A DNA stretch of 32,000 bases from Polynucleobacter sp. MG-6-Vaara-E2. GTDB taxonomy: Bacteria > Pseudomonadota > Gammaproteobacteria > Burkholderiales > Burkholderiaceae. Both the position numbers and the translations under genes were made by a program. The stretch is from the NCBI RefSeq assembly GCF_018687695.1, contig NZ_CP061303.1:1578394-1610393 (forward strand), read 5' to 3'. Below, piece by piece: positions 15,671 through 22,900 of this stretch; the first letter of the stretch is position 1; each line of letters opens with the position of its first letter. The notes under the pieces are model-generated. The model was not told the DNA's origin. It made no database searches and saw only the letters and a program-made list of their open reading frames with translations.

Positions 15671-16203
15671 TTTGATGAGTTCTTTGCTACACCACTATAA
15701 GCACAACCAAATTGGTAAGGGCGGTTTCGCTGTCTCCTTTTATGTGCGGCTTTAAAACGCAACAATGACAAAAGCAATAAGTGGCTACCTTTGTCTTGCT
15801 TGAAAGTTGCTGTGTAAGCAGAGCTTTCTCGTGACTGTCAGAGCTTGAGGCCCTCGTCTTTCAGCTTAAATTGACATCTCCAAGATTCATGCCAGATAGC
15901 TAGTCTGTCTGCGTCCTGTTAAGGATAGTGAATACAAGTCTCTGCTACCGCCCAGAATTTCCGTCTCCGTGATCACTAATGTCCAGTTTTCGGATGGCAT
16001 AACGAATGAGTGCCACAGCTCTTTTTCGGTAGTAATTATTGGCAAACAGAGCTTTCCTCTGAACTGCTTGTCATAGTTATTTAGCAAACCACACAAATTC
16101 CTGCTTAATTCTGGATTCTTTAGGTTAGCTTTTTTCAGGTTGCCCAACCACCGAACCCGATCATATTGTTATAGGTGCCCATTCATTTATCAAGGAAACC
16201 AAT

Positions 16204-16641
16204 ATGAGCACACTAAATTCACTTAAATTAGTAGCCGTTATAAAACCAGCTAAGTTACCACCAGTTGTCCAAAGAAGAAATAAGCTATCCGATAAGATCT
16301 GGGAGCAGATCCAATTGGCGGAAGCTAAAAGCAATGGAGGCACATATGCTCCACTAAAATCCAAACGCCTTAAAGATCTAGAGGGTAATATCAAGCTGTT
16401 AGAGGTACCCAAGCGTATTAAACCCTGGTGGTTTACTGCCCCAAATGGCAAAGTCTGCTTGATACTGCGATACGGATCCAAAGTGCTTGAAATAGCACAG
16501 GGCAAATCTGCTATTGAACTAGATAAGCCCGCAGAACTTATTCCAACATTACAAAAGATTAAGACTGCGGTTGAAGCAGGAGAACTAGATCACTTAATTA
16601 ATGCTGCAACTGAAGCGGTAAGAATGGGATTTAAACATTAA
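16204..16641 (+). CDS. Hypothetical protein, 145 aa
   Basis: AAGGAA lies 6 nt upstream of the ATG. The composition looks coding-like, and the antisense ORF 16161-16505 is judged to be a shadow. Confidence 0.7.
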   Translation: MSTLNSLKLVAVIKPAKLPPVVQRRNKLSDKIWEQIQLAEAKSNGGTYAPLKSKRLKDLEGNIKLLEVPKRIKPWWFTAPNGKVCLILRYGSKVLEIAQGKSAIELDKPAELIPTLQKIKTAVEAGELDHLINAATEAVRMGFKH

Positions 16642-16667
16642 TACTTGAAGTATCAATAAATATAGAT

Positions 16668-17006
16668 ATGAACAAATATCTAGCCACTATTACCCTAAAA
16701 GGCCAGTCGATTAAAACAGTCGTTTTTGCCGACAGCGCAATTCATGCAAGACTAATACTGGAGTATCAGTTTGGCATGAACTGTATCCTTAGTAGCCCCA
16801 TCGCAACCACTAAAGAATCATCAGGGGGCATATCGATTGAGGAGGCACTACAAATGATTAAGCCCCTAAAACCCATGACTCCACAGCAACTAACTATTGA
16901 TACCCTGAAAAAACAAAAGGATCAGGCCAACAATAGACTTAAAGCCGAACGCAATCGTCAAAAGATTGCTAAGGCTCAAAAGAATCTATTCAATCTATCT
17001 AGATGA
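16668..17006 (+). CDS. Hypothetical protein, 112 aa, basic C-terminal helix
   Basis: ORF track. It starts 26 nt after the preceding gene. There is no clear SD. The tail is KKQKDQANNRLKAERNRQKIAKAQK. Confidence 0.55.
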   Translation: MNKYLATITLKGQSIKTVVFADSAIHARLILEYQFGMNCILSSPIATTKESSGGISIEEALQMIKPLKPMTPQQLTIDTLKKQKDQANNRLKAERNRQKIAKAQKNLFNLSR

Positions 17007-17116
17007 TCTTTTCAAAATGCTATAAAACCACCTAAAAAAGTGGCTATTTGGCAAATTTTTGGTCATATTTTTTAGCCGCATTGATAGCGATGACAGGCAT
17101 AGTACAGATACTCACA

Positions 17117-17137
17117 AGCGTTACTTTAAGTAACGCT
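17117..17137. repeat. Copy 3 of the repeated palindrome (AGCGTTACTT-T-AAGTAACGCT)
   Basis: Perfect 21-bp palindrome, 9 nt beyond the stop of ORF 17146-17469, in intergenic DNA between convergent genes. Confidence 0.85.
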
Positions 17138-17145
17138 CATAATTA

Positions 17146-17469
17146 TTAAATTGGAGAATCAATAGTTGAATCATCTGCATCATGCAAAGATAGCCACATT
17201 GACTCTATCCCACCTATATTTGATGCCTCACACCTTGACTGACAGAATCCCAAAACAGCTCCAGCTTCTAATAAGAGCATTGGGTCATCATCCTCATAAG
17301 GCACACTTAGACCAACAACCCCTCGCTGTGACAAATAAAATACCTCATAATCATCAGCATATCCTTCAATTGCCGAATCATTTAGCAAGGCCTGCCATTC
17401 ATCTGCTTTCATCTCAACATCAGGACTTTCTAAAAGCTGGATATTGAATCGTGCAAATCTAATAGCCAT
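17146..17469 (-). CDS. Small highly acidic hypothetical protein, 107 aa
   Basis: AAGGAG lies 6 nt upstream of the ATG. There are about 21 Asp/Glu versus about 5 Arg/Lys (YEDDDPM, HDADDSTIDS). Confidence 0.75.
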   Translation of the reverse strand: MAIRFARFNIQLLESPDVEMKADEWQALLNDSAIEGYADDYEVFYLSQRGVVGLSVPYEDDDPMLLLEAGAVLGFCQSRCEASNIGGIESMWLSLHDADDSTIDSPI

Positions 17470-17516
17470 CTGAAACTCCTTATAGAATTATTACCTTAAA
17501 TATTACACAAACTCAT

Positions 17517-18173
17517 ATGTCCAAAACCATTATTTTCGATACCGAAGCTACAGGCATTAAAGAACCCGTATTAATAGAAGCTGCTTGGGTTGAGCTTGAA
17601 TCTATTGAGCCCTTTACTGTTACCAACCCTTTTGTACAGCGCTATAACCCTGGTAAACCCATTACCCTTGGTGCACTAGCTACTCATCACATCATGGATG
17701 AAGAATTGGTTAATTGCCCACCCGCAGCTAGCTTTACATTGCCCGGTCATGTGGACTACATCATTGGGCATAACGTGGACTTTGACTGGGAAGTGATTGG
17801 TAAACCCGAAATCAAACGTATCTGCACACTAGCTCTAGCCCGCAAGCTTTGGCCTGATTTAGATAGCCATAATCAAAGTGCTCTCATGTATTACTTGGAA
17901 CGCGATACAGCACGTGAGCAATTACGTAACGCACATTCGGCTATTGCAGATGTGGGTATTTGCGCTGTGATCCTAGATCACATTTGCCAAGAGCTAGACA
18001 TCAAAACTATTGAAGATTTATATGCTGAATCCGAGAAAGCTAGAACCCCAACAACGATGCCATTTGGTAAACATAAGGGCATGTTGTTATCAGATGTACC
18101 TAGTGACTATAAACAGTGGCTGCTGACTCAAGGGGATATTGATCCATACCTACGGAAGGCTTTGGGTGCTTAA
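17517..18173 (+). CDS. DnaQ/ExoX-like DEDDh 3'-5' exonuclease with a C-terminal DUF3820-like tail
   Basis: Exo I is IIFDTEATG, Exo II is GHNVDFDW, and Exo III is HSAIADV (H-x4-D). The C-terminal MPFGKHKGMLLSDVPSDYKQWLL resembles DUF3820. Confidence 0.85.
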   Translation: MSKTIIFDTEATGIKEPVLIEAAWVELESIEPFTVTNPFVQRYNPGKPITLGALATHHIMDEELVNCPPAASFTLPGHVDYIIGHNVDFDWEVIGKPEIKRICTLALARKLWPDLDSHNQSALMYYLERDTAREQLRNAHSAIADVGICAVILDHICQELDIKTIEDLYAESEKARTPTTMPFGKHKGMLLSDVPSDYKQWLLTQGDIDPYLRKALGA

Positions 18174-18174
18174 T

Positions 18175-19899
18175 TCATTGAAATCCATCTTTAATAATTT
18201 CTATGGATTTAGTTGAAGCAACTACCGAAAGTAAAGTTTTCGCCCTGGAAATGCCAACATAAATTAATTCTGTTTCTTTGCTATCAAAGACTTCATCACC
18301 AACCCATAAAATTACTGCGCTGGACTCTAATCCTTTAAACCGATAAACGCTATCTACCAATACCTGATTGGATCGCCTGGCATGATTCCCGAATGACAAC
18401 TTGACTCCATGCAGACTTGCTTCATGCTCTAATGCCTTATAAGCCATCTCCTTATCTTGCCCAGTAATAAGAATAACTATATCCACAGGTTTAATAGCAT
18501 CATCAGATGTCCATTTTGCTAATGTATTAAGTATCTCTTTAACCTGTGAATCTTGATCATTTATAGCTAATAATTGCGCATTGGGGCCCTGTAACTCGGG
18601 CTCATCCACGACCTCGCCTTTATAAAAGTTATACGCCAACCTATGAATTGGAATAGTATTTCTGCAGTTTGCAGTCAAATGATATGGGGCCTCGGTAACC
18701 GGTAAATTCCCATGTCTTTTATATATCTCTTGGTTTTGATCGATAAAAATATAGAGATAACTTTTATTCACATCCTTAAGAAGCTCTTCTATTCCAAACC
18801 AATATTCATCACTAAAATCTTGGGCCTCATCAATCACAATTGCATCAAATTTTTCATCTAATAATTCATTAGAGAGGGCTAGTGCGTATGGCATCTGGAC
18901 ACCGTATAAGTGAAAACTTGAGTTTCCTGGGTATGCTTCTGCTGCCTCTTTTAACAAGTCCCGTCCTGTGCTTCCTTTTGCCTGTCTAATTCTTCGGTCA
19001 CATAATTGATGAAAATCCAATACGGCCAGCAAAGGTTGATCTTGTAATGCAAGAGCCAATGAATCAGCTAAAGGTCGGTTGTAACAAAGTAGAAGTGTTT
19101 TTAACCCGTTACTAGCAAAATACTTTGCCTTCTCAACTGCAATTAATGTTTTTCCCGTTCCAGCGCCACCAGAAATAACAGCCCGCGTTCTCCCACCAAT
19201 AATGCGTAGCACTTTTGCTTGATTATTGGTCAACCGAATTCTTTGTACTTCCGCATCATCAATGGTCGCCACAAATGCCGGCCTCACCTCAATCGGTTTC
19301 GTCAAAAATTTCTCAAGAATTTTGACTCCCTGGGAGCCTAATGGGGTTTCTCCGTTCTGACGCCAGAATTTAATTAATCTATCTAACCATGATGTAAGGC
19401 TTTTCAAATCTACTGAAATACCAATAAGCTCTCGTGGACGCTCTGGGCCGACAATATTTGCTGAATCGGCAATATCAGGAAAAAATACGCTATGTCCGAG
19501 CGAGACGCGCTCACCCTTCCATTGTCTCCATTCGGGACTTCCATTCAATTGATCAAGCAAAGCATGACGCTCACTAGATGCTTGTCTAAATGGGTCCTTT
19601 ATTTCATGCTGATAGCCATTACGATCTTTCGAGGACCATTTTCCATTGGCGGGGTCAAAAGAAATACCCCCGCCTTTTACCTCCACTACATAAATGCCCG
19701 CAGTTGGTGTAAGGATAATGAAATCAGCCTCACCTTCTTTTAATCTTCCTCGTGCGTCTTTATAAAGCCAACCTGCGCTATGAATCACCACAAAGTCTGA
19801 AGATAATTGATCGCGGCATGCCTCATAAAATCGCGCCTCAGCACGTGATTTAACTGCCGATAATTGATCGCCAGTAAGGAGCGGAATCATGCGAGCCAT
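18175..19899 (-). CDS. NERD-domain nuclease-like + SF1 (UvrD/RecD-like) helicase fusion, 574 aa
   Basis: NERD domain: FYEACRD...EADFIILTPTAGIYVVEVKG (D59, E73, K75). Helicase motifs: Walker A GGAGTGKT (K250), Walker B AIVIDEAQDF (D357/E358), VYRFKGLESSAVIL, LIYVGISRAKTLL. The ATG is 2 nt after the stop of the upstream giant ORF. Confidence 0.9.
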   Translation of the reverse strand: MARMIPLLTGDQLSAVKSRAEARFYEACRDQLSSDFVVIHSAGWLYKDARGRLKEGEADFIILTPTAGIYVVEVKGGGISFDPANGKWSSKDRNGYQHEIKDPFRQASSERHALLDQLNGSPEWRQWKGERVSLGHSVFFPDIADSANIVGPERPRELIGISVDLKSLTSWLDRLIKFWRQNGETPLGSQGVKILEKFLTKPIEVRPAFVATIDDAEVQRIRLTNNQAKVLRIIGGRTRAVISGGAGTGKTLIAVEKAKYFASNGLKTLLLCYNRPLADSLALALQDQPLLAVLDFHQLCDRRIRQAKGSTGRDLLKEAAEAYPGNSSFHLYGVQMPYALALSNELLDEKFDAIVIDEAQDFSDEYWFGIEELLKDVNKSYLYIFIDQNQEIYKRHGNLPVTEAPYHLTANCRNTIPIHRLAYNFYKGEVVDEPELQGPNAQLLAINDQDSQVKEILNTLAKWTSDDAIKPVDIVILITGQDKEMAYKALEHEASLHGVKLSFGNHARRSNQVLVDSVYRFKGLESSAVILWVGDEVFDSKETELIYVGISRAKTLLSVVASTKSIEIIKDGFQ

Positions 19900-19901
19900 T
19901 G

Positions 19902-22900
19902 CTAATCTTTAGACAAAATCATCTTCGAAGGTGCAAATGTTTTTGAAATTTTATTTTGATTTTCATCTAGAAAATATATTTTATAAATTTGACCATATGC
20001 TTTAATATCTTCAATCTTAACCTTTCCTACATCAGGAATATTTACATACAACCCAATCTCTGGTTGCAAAATTTCTAAAGAATCTTTTTGCGCAATTGTT
20101 TTCCAACCAGAATCAAATCTAAATTGGTTGGTATTTTCAAACGGATTCTTTATTAGATAGCTTCGGCGCCTGTTTTCATCTTGCGCAAATTCGACAACAC
20201 ACAGCCAGTATCTGTCACCAGCTTCAATGGCTTTCTTTAATTCTGTTGGGGTAAGTATTACACCCTCCTCAGTCCAACCATTTGTCTGTCCTTTTACCTC
20301 TATATACTCCTCTATACCCTCAAATGAAGTTGCCTTAACATCGAATCCGGGATTGTTATGAGGCATCTCAGTGAATGAAATCCATTTTGCTTTGTGCTCT
20401 TCCAGAAAATACTTAACAGCAGCCCTTGCAGTAGCATCGCGAGAGGCAACGACTTCAGCGCTAAGTTCACCAGCCTCCTCACTTGAATCCTTGCCACTAT
20501 CAGCATAGCTGATTAGCCTGCCTGAAGAAGCGCGCTCTTTGAAGTTATCTTCAGATCGTTTTGAGGAGCTATTTTGAGGAGTGAGATGAGATTCTCCAAT
20601 ATTTACAGAGGATGCCGGCTCGCTAGACTCGCTCAAATTGGGAGATGTTCTGCTGGGGGATGCAAATTTTTCAGCTTTATCAAACAAGGAGGGTATTTTA
20701 AATTTTTCGTCGCCAGTAAAGTCACCGCGCTCTAAGGAGCTATTAGTTGTGGATGCGATCGACTGACTTCCATCCTCCTTGAATTCGGTTGGTACATTAG
20801 GCGTATTGACCTGTATTGGGTCTGCATCGTCACCGTCTGAATTATTGACATTTGCCCCCTCCTCGCCATTTAAGTCCAGTGGGGTTTCTAAAATTAATCC
20901 ATCCAATCCCTTAGAAACATCACTTGGTAAATCAGGAACTCCTTTAACTCTAAGGATATTTGCAAGCTCACTGTCATTTTTTGCTAGTAATAATCTTGCG
21001 ATAAGGTCCGAACTTTTAATACCAAAAAAGTTACATATTTCTTCGGCGATTAAATCCTCTTCAGGACTTGCATCCTCTTGCAAATAGATGCTACCTGAAT
21101 CATATATGGCATCAATTTTCGAGCGTTTAACTATTTCCGAAAGTTCTATCTCAACATTTAAATCTTTTAGTTTAAAAACTTTTACATTTGCAAGAATGCT
21201 AAATTTATGATTTTCCATCGCTTCTTCAAAGGCGCGAGGATTCTTGTGATAAAAAACACGAGCAAAAAAAGGTGTTAACTCCTTAATTTTAGTTGTCATA
21301 TACTCATCGAGCACACCACGCGAATCAAGCAGTACTCGCTTCTCTATATTTTCAGAAACAAAATCAATTGGAATTTCAGAGAATAAATTTCTTAATCGTG
21401 GAATTTCAGCCGATGGGATAGCAAGAAATGAAAGTCTTTCTTCATCAAAAAAAAGTTCTCCATATTCATCAAAATCATTCACATAAAGATTATCTGAATT
21501 GGAAACCATCTGACTATGCTGATTTAGGTATACAGCATTACTTCTAATGAAATCGAGCCAATCATCTATATCAAGATTATTTTTAATAGCATCGTCGTAC
21601 TCTCTCCCTGCCTGCTTATATATCCTTATCGCCTCTTCCTTCTTCTTTTGCTGATCTGGGATTGAATCTAATTCAGTGAGTGCCACAATTTTCTGGGAAA
21701 TTGATAACTTTTCAGTTACCCCTAGTTTTCCTACAAAAAATCCATGGAAATCTCGATAAGTCTGCTCTAGGGGTGGATATATGGAATCGAGGAATTGTTC
21801 ATTTGAAGCCCAAGTCACCTCATCTTTTTTTGCCCAAAACACATCGCCTTTTTTCTTTATCCTTATTAGTCCATAGTAACTAAATTGAAAGTCAGTATTT
21901 TCATCCCATAGAGTTTCGAGCTTCCTATATATAGCCTTTAGCTGAGCGCCCGTTTCACCGCCTGCCTCCTTAAGCTGCTTAAGCCTTTTAACACAGGCCT
22001 CAGAGTCAACTTGATAGGTTATGCCGCAAATATCCAATAACTCTTCATTAAATATTGTTGCCGTTAAATAAGGTGGCGTATCACCAAAAATATCTTCGAT
22101 ATCCTGATTCCGATAATAAGATTGGCTTATTGGAATATTGCCCCGCTTATTTACTGGAGCAAACATTCCTGATAGTGCATTTGCAAAATGACTACTCACC
22201 ATAGTTGGGGATTTACGACGAGAGCCTAATGATGTCTCGAGCTTGTCCTGGTAATAGTCCCAATTTTTATCAATTATTTCAAGTGTAGCTTTTCTAATTT
22301 CTGAATTTTCAGAATCCAGCAATAATTGCAATTCCTCGGACGGCGAAGGGTTTGTGCCATCAACCACACGAGGATAATCAATAATTCCAATTTGCTTAAA
22401 AAATAATATCCATGATTTTTTTTCTTCAAAAATATTTGAAGCTGTTTCGTCAATATAACTTGCAGAAACTAGTACTTCCTTACCAATTGATGACTTAAGA
22501 AAACGCTCTATTGAGAATGAAGGGTCATATTCATCGCTTATATATAGAGTATCCGGTTTTGCAAAAACCCACTCCTGCTTGTCTTTGGATTTCGAGCCAA
22601 TATACATTCCATTAGAAATGACTCTAGTAGCCCTATTTACTGCAAAAATGTTTTCATTTTTGGCCTCAGATGCGATGAACGCTTCAAAATTATCCTTTAC
22701 ATATCTTAAATGGCCAATTAATGCCTCGTTCTCAGATGATTTCCGCCCCTCAGAACTGTGCAATGGAAGGATATGAGATTTAATGACTGTATATGAGTCT
22801 GGTTGTTTAATATTAATTTTCGCAAAAAATTCATAAGCCTCTTTACATTTCGAGATAGCGAGTTCGCATATATTGTTATCAACAAATGTTAACTCCCCCT

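Noticed and set aside
15887-16147. 86-aa ORF in the long spacer, considered as a real gene or pseudogene fragment
   Set aside because: It has a TTG start with no SD and no recognisable motif. All three reverse frames terminate within ~50 nt downstream, so it is not part of a longer frameshifted gene. I left it unannotated rather than excluded.
15491-16203. Retron msr/msd or group II intron RNA in the structured spacer
   Set aside because: No reverse-transcriptase-like ORF (YxDD motif) is present anywhere in the window, and no intron-encoded protein is present.
16161-16505. 114-aa minus-strand ORF
   Set aside because: It overlaps almost the whole of the plus-strand ORF 16204-16641, which has a good AAGGAA SD and more protein-like composition. 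The antisense product is Leu/Ser-rich and lacks an SD.
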